A stretch of 64,000 nt of DNA. Source: an uncultured Thermus sp. Its GTDB lineage: Bacteria > Deinococcota > Deinococci > Deinococcales > Thermaceae. The DNA lies in assembly GCA_947085095.1 (NCBI GenBank), contig CAMTVD010000035.1, positions 30,035 to 94,034 on the forward strand, given 5' to 3'. Numbering within the stretch: position 1 is the stretch's first letter; each line of letters opens with the position of its first letter. A program made the position numbers and the translations under genes. This document shows, one piece after another, positions 51,365-60,143 of this stretch. The notes beneath the pieces are model-generated. The model did not search any database, was not told the DNA's origin, and saw only the letters and a list, made by a program, of their open reading frames with translations.

Positions 51365-51607
51365 GTGGGAATGATGGGTTTCGGCAGCATGGGGTTCGGG
51401 TGGTTCCTCGGGCTTCTCAACATGCTCCTCATCCTGGCCCTCTTGGCTGGCCTCTTTTACCTGGGGCTTCGGGCCTGGGGGAGAGGCGGCGGGCCCAAAA
51501 AGGATGAGGCCCTGGAGGCCCTGCGCCTCCGGTACGCCAGGGGCGAGCTGGACGAGGAAAGCTACAGAAGGCTTAGGAAGGAACTGGAAAGGGGAGGTGA
51601 AGCATGA
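51365..51607 (+). CDS. Second small SHOCT-domain membrane protein
   Basis: Met/Gly N-terminus, one TM, ALEALRLRYARGELDEESY. Confidence 0.82.
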   Translation: MGMMGFGSMGFGWFLGLLNMLLILALLAGLFYLGLRAWGRGGGPKKDEALEALRLRYARGELDEESYRRLRKELERGGEA

Positions 51608-52257
51608 AACGCTACGGTATGGTCTTAGGAGTTCTGGGCCTTTTGCTCTTGGGCCTTGCCCTCACCCAGGGCATGATGGGGAACTTCGGCCCGGGGATGA
51701 TGGGCTACGGCCCCCAGTACGGCCCGGGGATGATGGGCTACGGGATGATGGGCGGCCACGGGATGATGGGCATGATGGCGGTCTACCCCCCGGAAGCCCG
51801 CCCCATTCCCCAGGCAGAAGCCAAAGCGCGAATGGAGGCTTACGCCAAGCGCCTCTACCCAGGGGCACGCCTTAAGGACTTCATGGCCTTCAGCCAAAAC
51901 TACTACGCCCAGGTGGTGGACGAGAAAGGGCAGGGGCTTTTTGAGCTCATCGCCGACCGCTACGCCGGGGTAGTCTCCCCGGAACCTGGCCCCAACATGA
52001 TGTGGAACACCCGCTACAGCATGATGGGCGGGCCCGTGCAGACTCCTGTCCGCTTCTCTGTGGAGGAAGCCAGGAAGCTGGCCGAAACCTTCCTGAAAGG
52101 CTACCTCCCGGATGCCCGGGTCCTGGGAACCGGGGCCTTTCCCGGCTACTACACCTTTGACTTCGGGCGTAAGGAGGTGGAGGGCATGCTTTCCGTGAAC
52201 GCCTACACAGGGGAGGTCTGGGTCCACACCTGGCACGGCTTCTTCCTGGGAGAGTGA
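51604..52257 (+). CDS. Secreted Met/Gly-rich protein with PepSY-like modules
   Basis: Signal peptide, GMMG repeats, VNAYTGEV, WVHTWHG. Confidence 0.75.
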   Translation: MKRYGMVLGVLGLLLLGLALTQGMMGNFGPGMMGYGPQYGPGMMGYGMMGGHGMMGMMAVYPPEARPIPQAEAKARMEAYAKRLYPGARLKDFMAFSQNYYAQVVDEKGQGLFELIADRYAGVVSPEPGPNMMWNTRYSMMGGPVQTPVRFSVEEARKLAETFLKGYLPDARVLGTGAFPGYYTFDFGRKEVEGMLSVNAYTGEVWVHTWHGFFLGE

Positions 52258-52397
52258 TCCCGGTAGGGCCCTTGCCCGGGGCAGCTGCCCCGGGCGGGGC
52301 CCAGGGCCTTTCCTATACCCCCCAAAACTCCTCAATACAACTTTCACGAAAGGCCTTTTCTCTCAGGTTCCGCTACCCTTTAGGTAGGGAGGGTACC

Positions 52398-52787
52398 ATG
52401 CCGGACTTAAGGAAAACCCTGAAGACCAGCCTGGCCGAGGCCCGGGCCCGGTTGGAAACCGCGCTAAGGGAAGAAGGTTTCGGCATCCTCACGGAGATCG
52501 ACGTGGCCGCCACCCTCAAGGCCCGCCTGGGCCTGGAAAGGCCCCCCTACCTGATCCTGGGAGCCTGCAACCCCAGCCTGGCGGCCAAGGCCCTCGAGGC
52601 CGAGCCCGATATCGGCCTCCTCCTCCCCTGCAATGCGGTGCTCAAGGAGGGGCCAGAGGGCGTGGAGGTCCTCTTGCAGGATCCCAGGGAGATGTTCCGG
52701 GTCCTTCCTACAGAAACCCAGGAGGCGCTCAAACCCGTAGCCGAGGAGGCGAGAAACCGGCTGGAGAAAGCCTTGGCCAAACTCTAG
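52398..52787 (+). CDS. DUF302 family protein
   Basis: GFGILTEIDV, ILGACNP, IGLLLPCN. Confidence 0.87.
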   Translation: MPDLRKTLKTSLAEARARLETALREEGFGILTEIDVAATLKARLGLERPPYLILGACNPSLAAKALEAEPDIGLLLPCNAVLKEGPEGVEVLLQDPREMFRVLPTETQEALKPVAEEARNRLEKALAKL

Positions 52788-52803
52788 GGGGTTCTGGAGG
52801 GAC

Positions 52804-52836
52804 CTTTATACTTCTTTTACAAACCCCCCCTATCCT
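52804..52836 (+). promoter_or_regulatory. Degenerate direct-repeat promoter element, copy 5
   Basis: CTTTAT-ACTT-CTTTTA-N11-TATCCT, 8 nt before the oxidase ATG; same geometry as copies 1-4. Confidence 0.55.
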
Positions 52837-52844
52837 CTAAGGGT

Positions 52845-54248
52845 ATGAATACCGACCGCCGAACCCTTCTTAAGCTCACGGCAGGCCTTCTTCTATCTCC
52901 CCTGGCCCGGGGCCAGGCCTCCTTCCTCGCCCCCCCGGTTCTCAAAAGCCGGGAAGGGCTCCTGGAGGTGCGGCTGAAGGCCGCCCCCACTCCCGTTACC
53001 GTGGCCGGGCGGGAAGCTCGGCTTTGGACCTATGGGGGTAGCTTCCCGGGGCCCACCCTTCGGGTACGCCCTGGGGATACGGTTCGCCTCGGGCTGGAAA
53101 ACCTCCTCCCCGAATCCACCAACCTGCACTGGCACGGGCTTCCCATCTCCCCCAAGGTGGACGACCCCTTTTTGGAAATCCCGCCCAGGGAAACCTGGAG
53201 CTATGTTTTCACCGTCCCCCAGGACCTGGCGGGAACCTTCTGGTACCACCCCCACCTGCACGGGCGGGTGGCCCCCCAGCTCTTCGCCGGACTAGCGGGG
53301 GCCATTGTGGTGGAAAGCCCCGTGGACGGGATTCCCGAACTCCGGGAAGCCGAGGAGCACCTTTTGGTCCTCAAGGACCTGGAACTCGCATCGGGCCGTC
53401 CCGCCGCCCACACCCCCATGGACTGGATCAACGGCAAGGAGGGCAACCTCCTCCTGGTCAACGGGGCTTCCCGCCCCACCTTGCGGGCCAGCAAGGCCAC
53501 CTTGCGCCTCCGCCTCCTGAACGCCAGCAACGCCCGCTACTACCGGCTCCAGTTGGAAGGGCATCCCCTTTACCTCATCGCCAGCGACGGGGGCTTCCTG
53601 GAGGAACCCTATGAGGTCCCCGAACTCCTCCTGGCCCCCGGGGAACGGGCAGAGGTCCTGGTGCGCTTCCAGAAGGAAGGGGCTTTCCGCCTCCTCGCCC
53701 TTCCCTACGACCGAGGGGTCCACATGATGGGCGGGATGGAGCACATGGGCCACGGAGGAATGGCCATGGGAACAAGCCAAAGGCCCCAAACCCTCCTCAC
53801 CCTGGTGGCCCCGCCCCGCCCCAAACCCCTCCCCCTGCCCAAGGCCCTGGCCAAACTGCCCGCCCTCAGCCCCAACCAGGCCAGGGTGACCCGGCGCATC
53901 ACCTTCACGGAGGACATGATGGCCGGGCGCTTCTTCATCAACGGCAAGACCTTTGACCCCCGTCGGGTGGACTTCCGCGGGCGGGTGGGCGACCTCGAGG
54001 TCTGGGAGTTGGAAAACCAAGGGGACATGGACCATCCCTTCCACCTCCACACCCATCCCTTCCAGGTCCTCTCCGTGAACGGCAAGGCCTTCCCTTACCG
54101 CGCCCTTAAGGACGTGGTGAACCTAAAGGCTAAGGAGGTGGTGCGCCTCCTGGTTCCCCTTAGGAACCTGCCCGGGAAAACCGTCTTCCACTGCCACATC
54201 GTGGAGCACGAGGACCGGGGCATGATGGGGATTCTGGAGGTGAGCTAA
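52845..54248 (+). CDS. Tat-exported multicopper oxidase (laccase/CueO-like)
   Basis: DRRTLLK Tat motif, HWHG, WYHPH, HPFHLH, HCHIVEHEDRGM, Met-rich loop. Confidence 0.96.
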   Translation: MNTDRRTLLKLTAGLLLSPLARGQASFLAPPVLKSREGLLEVRLKAAPTPVTVAGREARLWTYGGSFPGPTLRVRPGDTVRLGLENLLPESTNLHWHGLPISPKVDDPFLEIPPRETWSYVFTVPQDLAGTFWYHPHLHGRVAPQLFAGLAGAIVVESPVDGIPELREAEEHLLVLKDLELASGRPAAHTPMDWINGKEGNLLLVNGASRPTLRASKATLRLRLLNASNARYYRLQLEGHPLYLIASDGGFLEEPYEVPELLLAPGERAEVLVRFQKEGAFRLLALPYDRGVHMMGGMEHMGHGGMAMGTSQRPQTLLTLVAPPRPKPLPLPKALAKLPALSPNQARVTRRITFTEDMMAGRFFINGKTFDPRRVDFRGRVGDLEVWELENQGDMDHPFHLHTHPFQVLSVNGKAFPYRALKDVVNLKAKEVVRLLVPLRNLPGKTVFHCHIVEHEDRGMMGILEVS

Positions 54249-56275
54249 TGCCTCCCCACCACCATCACCACCACCATCACCACCCTTCCCACACTGCCTC
54301 TACTAAGGCTTTGGACCGGCATGCCGGCCATACCCCGGAGATGTTCCGGAATCGCTTCCTGGTCTCGCTTCTCCTCACCCTGCCGATCCTTTACGCCTCC
54401 GAGGAGGTGCGGGGCCTCCTCGGCCTTCCCCCCTGGGAGGGAGCCTCCTGGATCCCCCTCCTCCTCGGAACCCTCATCTACTTCTATGGCGGGGGCGTAT
54501 TTCTCCAGGGTGCCAGCCGGGAGCTAAGGGGAAGGCGGCCGGGGATGATGACCCTGGTGGCCTTGGGGATCACCGTGGCCTATATCTACAGCCTGGCCGT
54601 GGAGCTGGGCCTAAAGGGGAAACCCTTCTGGTGGGAACTGGCCACCTTGGTGGACGTGATGCTCCTGGGCCATTTTCTGGAAATGAAGGCCATCCTGGGG
54701 GCAGGGGAGGCCCTAAGGGCCTTGGCCAAGCTGATGCCCCAGACGGCCCACCGGATCCGGGATGGCCGGATTGAGGACGTGCCCACCGAGGCCCTAAAGG
54801 AAGGCGACCTCATCCTCATCCGCCCGGGGGAGCAGGTGCCTGCGGATGGCGTGGTGGTGGAAGGAGCCACCAGCATGAACGAGGCCTTCCTCACCGGGGA
54901 GTCCCGGCCCGTGGCCAAAGGGGTGGGGGACGAGGTGCTGGCTGGGGCGTTAAACGGGGAAGGAGCCATCGTGGTGCGGGTAACCCGCACCGGAACCTCC
55001 ACCACCCTGGGGCAGATCATGCGCCTGGTGGAGGAAGCCCAGGTTTCCCGGAGCCGGTTTCAGGACCTTGGTGAACGAGTCGCGGGGTGGCTTTTCTACG
55101 TGGCGGTGCTGGGTGGAAGCGCAACCTTCCTCCTATGGCTTCTAGCCGACGCATCCTTGTCCTTCGCCCTGGAGCGGGCGGTGACCGTGGTGATTATCGC
55201 CTGTCCCCACGCTCTGGGCCTGGCCATACCCTTGGTGGTGGTCAACGCCACAGCCATGGCCGCCCAAAGGGGAATCCTCATCCGAAACCGGGAGGCCTTT
55301 GAGCGGGCCACGGGCCTAAGGTATGTGGCCCTGGACAAGACCGGCACCCTCACCGAAGGGCAGTTTGAGGTGCGGGCGGTGTATGCGGATGGCCTTGGGG
55401 AGCAGGAGGCCCTAACCTTGGCCGCGGCCCTCGAGGCCCTCTCCGAGCACCCCCTGGCCCAGGCCATCCTGGAGGCCGCCAAGGAGCGGGGGCTTCCCCT
55501 CCCCTCGGTCCAGGACTTCCGGGCCATCCCCGGGAAAGGGGTGGAGGGCCGGGTGGAACGCCGCCTCTACCGGGTGGGCCGCCCAGAGTGGGCGGGGGAG
55601 CTGGGCCTGGAAGTGCCCCCTTCCCTGCGGCAGGGCCTGGAGGAGGCCGAGGCCCGGGGGGAGAGCGTGGTGGCCCTGATGGACGAAAGTCGGGTCCTCG
55701 CCTACCTGGCCCTCCGCGACCGCCTCCGCCCCACGGCCAAGCAGGCGATAGACGCCCTGAAGCGCATGGGGATCACCCCGGTGATGCTCACCGGGGACGC
55801 GGAGGCCGTGGCCCGAACCGTGGCCCGGGAGCTGGGGATAGAGCGCTACCACGCCCGGGTGCTACCCCAGGACAAGGCCCGTATCGTGCGGGAACTAAAA
55901 TCCCAAGGCCCCACCGCCTTTGTAGGGGACGGGATCAACGACGCCCCTGCCCTCTTGGAGGCGGACCTTGGGGTGGCCATCGGAGCGGGGACCCACGTGG
56001 CCATGGAATCCGCCGATGTGGTGCTGGTCAAAAGCGATCCCCTGGACGTGGTCCGCCTCCTCCACCTGGCCCGGGCCACCCGGAGGAAGATGCTCCAAAA
56101 CCTCTTCTGGGCCACGGGGTACAACATCGTGGCCCTGCCCCTGGCCGCGGGCGCGGCCTACCCCTTCTTTGGCCTCCTGCTTCCCCCGGCCCTCGGGGCC
56201 CTCTTCATGAGCCTTTCCACGGTGGTGGTAGCCCTCAACGCCCTCCTCTTAAGGCGGGCGCGCCTGGATACCTAG
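54248..56275 (+). CDS. copB: Copper-exporting P1B-3 ATPase
   Basis: N-terminal His9 tract, CPH, DKTGT, YN and MSLST. Confidence 0.92.
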   Translation: MPPHHHHHHHHHPSHTASTKALDRHAGHTPEMFRNRFLVSLLLTLPILYASEEVRGLLGLPPWEGASWIPLLLGTLIYFYGGGVFLQGASRELRGRRPGMMTLVALGITVAYIYSLAVELGLKGKPFWWELATLVDVMLLGHFLEMKAILGAGEALRALAKLMPQTAHRIRDGRIEDVPTEALKEGDLILIRPGEQVPADGVVVEGATSMNEAFLTGESRPVAKGVGDEVLAGALNGEGAIVVRVTRTGTSTTLGQIMRLVEEAQVSRSRFQDLGERVAGWLFYVAVLGGSATFLLWLLADASLSFALERAVTVVIIACPHALGLAIPLVVVNATAMAAQRGILIRNREAFERATGLRYVALDKTGTLTEGQFEVRAVYADGLGEQEALTLAAALEALSEHPLAQAILEAAKERGLPLPSVQDFRAIPGKGVEGRVERRLYRVGRPEWAGELGLEVPPSLRQGLEEAEARGESVVALMDESRVLAYLALRDRLRPTAKQAIDALKRMGITPVMLTGDAEAVARTVARELGIERYHARVLPQDKARIVRELKSQGPTAFVGDGINDAPALLEADLGVAIGAGTHVAMESADVVLVKSDPLDVVRLLHLARATRRKMLQNLFWATGYNIVALPLAAGAAYPFFGLLLPPALGALFMSLSTVVVALNALLLRRARLDT

Positions 56276-56290
56276 GGCTAAACTGGAGGC

Positions 56291-57505
56291 ATGGACTTCA
56301 CCAGCCTAAGGGAAGCCTTCCCCTTGATTGCGGGGCGGCCGGATCTGGTCTACCTGGACTCCGCCGCCACCAGCCAGAAGCCCAAGCGGGTCCTGGAGGC
56401 CCTGGACCGCTACTACAAGGAGCTCAACGCCAACGTGCACCGGGGAGCCTACCGGCTTTCCGTGGCCGCCACCGAGGCCTACGAGGAGGCCAGGCGCCGG
56501 ATAGCCCGCTTCCTTGGCGCCGAGGAAAGGGAGATCATCTTCGTGCGCAACACCACCGAGGCCCTGAACCTGGTGGCCTACGCCTGGGGCTTAAGGAACC
56601 TTAAGGAGGGCGACGAGATCCTGGTCACGGAAATGGAGCACCACGCAGGGCTTGTGCCCTGGCACCTGGTGGCGGGGCTAACGGGAGCCCGCATCCGGGC
56701 CATACCCCTCACGGAGGAGGGCCGGCTGGACCTTTCCGCCCTGGACACCCTCCTCACGGAAAGGGTCAAGGTGGTTTCCGTGGTCCACATGTCCAACGTC
56801 CTGGGCACCATCAACCCCGTGGCGGAGATCGCCAGGAGGGCCAAGGAGGTGGGGGCCCTGGTGGTGGTGGATGGGGCGCAAAGCGCCCCCCACCTGCCCG
56901 TGGACGTGAAGGCCCTGGGGGCCGACTTCTTTGCCCTCTCTGGCCACAAGATGTTGGGGCCCACGGGGGCCGGGGTGCTTTGGGGGCGGTATGAGGTCCT
57001 GGAAGGCATGGGGCCCTTCCTGGGGGGTGGGGAGATGATCCTCGAGGTCCACGTGGACCGCTCCACCTACGCCCCCCCGCCCCAGCGCTTTGAAGCCGGC
57101 ACCCCCCCCATCGCCGAGGCCATCGCCTTGGGGGAAGCCGCCAGCTACCTGATGGAGATCGGCATGGAACGGGTCTATGCCCATGACCGGGCCCTTTTGG
57201 AATACGCCCTAAAGCGCCTGGCCGAGGTGCCGGACCTCAAGGTGTACGGCCCCAAGGGGGAGGACCGGGGCGGGGTCATCCCCTTCACCTTAGGCCGCCT
57301 TCACGCCCACGACCTAGCCACCTTCCTGGACCAGGAGGGCATTGCGGTAAGGGCCGGGCACCACTGCGCCCAACCCCTGCACCGGAAGCTGGGCCTGGCC
57401 GCCACGGCCCGGGCCAGCTTCTACCTCTACAACACCTTCGAGGAGGTGGACCGCTTCGTGGAAGCCCTCCTTCGCATCCACACCCGGTACCGGGCCTGGC
57501 TATAA
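56291..57505 (+). CDS. sufS: Cysteine desulfurase
   Basis: YLDSAATSQKP, SGHKM, RAGHHCA. Confidence 0.96.
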   Translation: MDFTSLREAFPLIAGRPDLVYLDSAATSQKPKRVLEALDRYYKELNANVHRGAYRLSVAATEAYEEARRRIARFLGAEEREIIFVRNTTEALNLVAYAWGLRNLKEGDEILVTEMEHHAGLVPWHLVAGLTGARIRAIPLTEEGRLDLSALDTLLTERVKVVSVVHMSNVLGTINPVAEIARRAKEVGALVVVDGAQSAPHLPVDVKALGADFFALSGHKMLGPTGAGVLWGRYEVLEGMGPFLGGGEMILEVHVDRSTYAPPPQRFEAGTPPIAEAIALGEAASYLMEIGMERVYAHDRALLEYALKRLAEVPDLKVYGPKGEDRGGVIPFTLGRLHAHDLATFLDQEGIAVRAGHHCAQPLHRKLGLAATARASFYLYNTFEEVDRFVEALLRIHTRYRAWL

Positions 57506-57516
57506 TGGGGGCATCC

Positions 57517-57933
57517 ATGAGCGTCCTTGACGAGCTTTACCGGGAGATCATCCTCAAGCACTACCAGAGCCCCAAAAACTTCGGGGTCCTGCCCCAGGCC
57601 ACCAAGACCGCCGGGGGCATGAACCCTTCCTGTGGGGACCAGGTGGAGGTGATGGTGCGGCTGGAAGGGGATACCATCGCCGACATCCGCTTCCAGGGTC
57701 AAGGGTGCGCCATCAGCACCGCAAGCGCCTCCATGATGACCGAGCTGGTGAAGGGGAAGAAGGTGGCGGAGGCCCTGGAGCTTTCCAGGAAGTTCCAGGC
57801 CATGGTGGTGGAAGGAGCCCCCCCCGACCCGGCCCTTGGGGATCTCCTGGCCCTTCAGGGGGTGGCCAAGCTCCCCGCCCGGGCGAAGTGCGCCACCTTG
57901 GCCTGGCACGCCCTCGAGGAGGCCCTGCGGTGA
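57517..57933 (+). CDS. sufU: SUF-system NifU-like protein
   Basis: NPSCGD, GCAIS.AS, R.KCATL.W. Confidence 0.93.
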   Translation: MSVLDELYREIILKHYQSPKNFGVLPQATKTAGGMNPSCGDQVEVMVRLEGDTIADIRFQGQGCAISTASASMMTELVKGKKVAEALELSRKFQAMVVEGAPPDPALGDLLALQGVAKLPARAKCATLAWHALEEALR

Positions 57934-58136
57934 GGCGTTACCCCGCCCACAAGGTGACCCCTTTGCTGGTCCAGTACCCCGACCTCATGGAGGCCTGGAA
58001 GGAGGCCGCCAAGGCTGGGCTCCTTTGGGCGGAGAGCCAGGATGGGCGCAACTATGTGGTGGTGGAAGACCCAAGCCTCATCGCCCGGCTCAAGGCCTTG
58101 GGCCTCGAGGGGGAGACCGTCAAGGAGGAGGCATGA
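57930..58136 (+). CDS. Small hypothetical protein (68 aa, MRRYPAHKV...)
   Basis: GTGA overlap with the sufU stop and ATGA overlap with the next gene; native codon usage. Confidence 0.72.
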   Translation: MRRYPAHKVTPLLVQYPDLMEAWKEAAKAGLLWAESQDGRNYVVVEDPSLIARLKALGLEGETVKEEA

Positions 58137-58843
58137 AGGGCGTGGTCTTCCTGCACGCCTTCCCCTACAACCCCAGGATGTGGGCCATGGAAACGGAGCT
58201 CCTCAAGGCCCGGCTTCCCGTCCTGGCCCCCCACTACCTGGGCCTCTCCCTGGAGGAGGCGGCCAGGAAGGTCCTTTCCGAGATGGAGGAGAGGGGCCTG
58301 GAGCGGGCGGTCTTCGTGGGGCTCTCCATGGGGGGGTACCTGATCTTTGAGCTCTTCCGAAGGGCCCCGGAGCGCTTTTTAGGGGTGGTCCTCTCCAGCA
58401 CCCGCGCCGGCCCCGACAGCGAGGAGGCCAGGCGAAACCGCTACGCCCTCAGGGAGCGGGTCCTGAAGGAGGGGGTGGGCTTCCTGCCCGAGGCCCTGCT
58501 TCCCGGCCACCTGGGCAGGACCACCCGGGAGACCAAGCCCAAGGTGGTGGAAAAGGCCAAGGAGCTCATCCTCGAGGCCTCCCCCGAGGCGGTGGCGGGA
58601 AGCCTCAAGGCCCTGGCGGAGCGCCCCGACTCCACCCCCCTCCTTTCCCAGATGACCATGCCCGCCCTGGTCCTGGTGGGGGAGGAGGACACCCTCACCC
58701 CCCCGGAGGAGGCCAAGGGGATGTGGAAGGCCCTGCCCGAGGCCCGCATGCTCATCCTCCCCGAGACCGGCCACCTGGCCAACCTGGAAAACCCCAAGGC
58801 CTTCCGCACGGCCCTCCTGGGCTTTCTCTCCGAGTTCTTCTAA
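58133..58843 (+). CDS. Alpha/beta hydrolase
   Basis: LHAFP, GLSMGG, GEED, GHL..LENP. Confidence 0.9.
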   Translation: MKGVVFLHAFPYNPRMWAMETELLKARLPVLAPHYLGLSLEEAARKVLSEMEERGLERAVFVGLSMGGYLIFELFRRAPERFLGVVLSSTRAGPDSEEARRNRYALRERVLKEGVGFLPEALLPGHLGRTTRETKPKVVEKAKELILEASPEAVAGSLKALAERPDSTPLLSQMTMPALVLVGEEDTLTPPEEAKGMWKALPEARMLILPETGHLANLENPKAFRTALLGFLSEFF

Positions 58844-59160
58844 AGCCTGAAGGCCTCCCCTGCGGTGAGGGTGAGATCCAGGCAGGGGATGTAGACCTCC
58901 CCCCCTTCCTCCTCCACGAACCCCTCCGGGGTCCTCCGGTAGGCCAGGAGAAGCTGTTTCTCCGGGTCCACCAGGAGGTAGACCTGGAGGCTATCCAGGC
59001 TTTGTGCTTCCCCCTGCGGTCCAGGGCTTCCGTGGCCGGGGAGAGGACTTCCACCAAAGCGCAAGGGGCCTCCTCGTAGTAGGGGTTTGGGGGCCCTTCT
59101 CGCTTCGCCCTGCAGATGGGCCTCCAGAGATAGGGGTTTTCGGAGCAGCTTCTCTCCCAT
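58840..59160 (-). pseudogene. Degraded Uma2-family (DUF820) endonuclease
   Basis: PCALVEVLSPATEALDRRGK in one frame, SLQVYLLVDP...IPCLDLTL in another; middle section missing. Confidence 0.75.
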
Positions 59161-59177
59161 CCTGCGCCCCTCAGGCT

Positions 59178-60143
59178 TCACTCGGCCTTGGGCTCCCGGG
59201 CCATGAGGGCCTGGAGGGCCTTCAGGGGGTCCAGGCCCCCGTAGGCCACCCCGTGCACGGCCTCGGCGATGGGAAGCTCCACCCCCGCCCCCTCCCCCCA
59301 GGCCACCATGGCCTTCACGGCGTAAAGCCCCTCCACCACCCCCCGGTCCTCGAGGCGCTCCCTGGCCTCCCCCCGCACCAGCCTCTCCCCCGCCCCGCGG
59401 TTGCGGGAGTGGAGGCTATAGGCGGTGGCCAGGAGGTCCCCCAGGCCGGAAAGCCCATAGAAGGTGGCCTCCTCCCCCCCCAGGGCGGTGCCGAAGCGCA
59501 CCATCTCCTTTAGCCCCCGGGTGAGGAGGGCGGCCTTGGCGTTGTCCCCCAGGCGGAGGCCATCCACCATCCCCGCCGAAAGGGCCAGGACGTTCTTCAC
59601 CGCCCCCCCGAGCTCCACTCCCCTCAGGTCCCGGCTGGTGTAGACCCGGAAGGTGGGCCCGGTGAAGAGGTCCTGGACCCTTTCCGCAAGGTCCTTTGGT
59701 CCCGCCGCCACGCTGGCCGTGGGCAGGAAGCGGGCCACCTCCTCGGCGTGGTTGGGACCGGAGAGGGCGGCCACCGGGCGGCCCGTGAGGCGGGCGATGA
59801 GCTGGCTCGGGGTCAGCACCTCCCCCTCCTGGAAGAAGAGGCCCTTGGTGGCGGAGAGGTACCAGGGGGCGGGGGGAAACCCCTCCAGGGCGGAGAGCGC
59901 CTTGGAGGGCAGGGCCACCACCGCAAGCTCCGCGCCCTCCAAAGCCTCCTCCGGGTCGTGGGTGGGGTAGAGGTAGGCGGGAAGGGCCACCCCGGGGAGG
60001 TAGTCCCGGTTTTCCCGCCTGGCCCGCATGGCCTCCACCTGCTCCTTCCGCCTGGCCCAAAGGGCGGTGGGTATGCCCTTGCTGGCGAGAAGCACCCCCA
60101 GGGCCGTGCCCCAGGCCCCCGCCCCCAGGATGGCCACCTTCAC
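59178..60143 (-). CDS. gpsA: NAD(P)H-dependent glycerol-3-phosphate dehydrogenase
   Basis: GAGAWG, LSGPNHA, KNV, GLGDL..T, SRN. Confidence 0.95.
   Translation of the reverse strand: MKVAILGAGAWGTALGVLLASKGIPTALWARRKEQVEAMRARRENRDYLPGVALPAYLYPTHDPEEALEGAELAVVALPSKALSALEGFPPAPWYLSATKGLFFQEGEVLTPSQLIARLTGRPVAALSGPNHAEEVARFLPTASVAAGPKDLAERVQDLFTGPTFRVYTSRDLRGVELGGAVKNVLALSAGMVDGLRLGDNAKAALLTRGLKEMVRFGTALGGEEATFYGLSGLGDLLATAYSLHSRNRGAGERLVRGEARERLEDRGVVEGLYAVKAMVAWGEGAGVELPIAEAVHGVAYGGLDPLKALQALMAREPKAE

Noticed and set aside
52266..52302. GC-rich hairpin after the Met-rich gene as a REP or ncRNA
   Set aside because: Single copy directly after a stop codon; most simply a terminator or mRNA-stabilising stem
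52341..52379. Sixth copy of the direct-repeat promoter motif upstream of DUF302
   Set aside because: CTTTCA is present, but neither the second half-site nor the N11 spacing to TACCCT matches
43388..56290. Copper cluster as a transposon or integrative element
   Set aside because: No transposase, integrase, tRNA target, terminal inverted repeats or flanking direct repeats were visible
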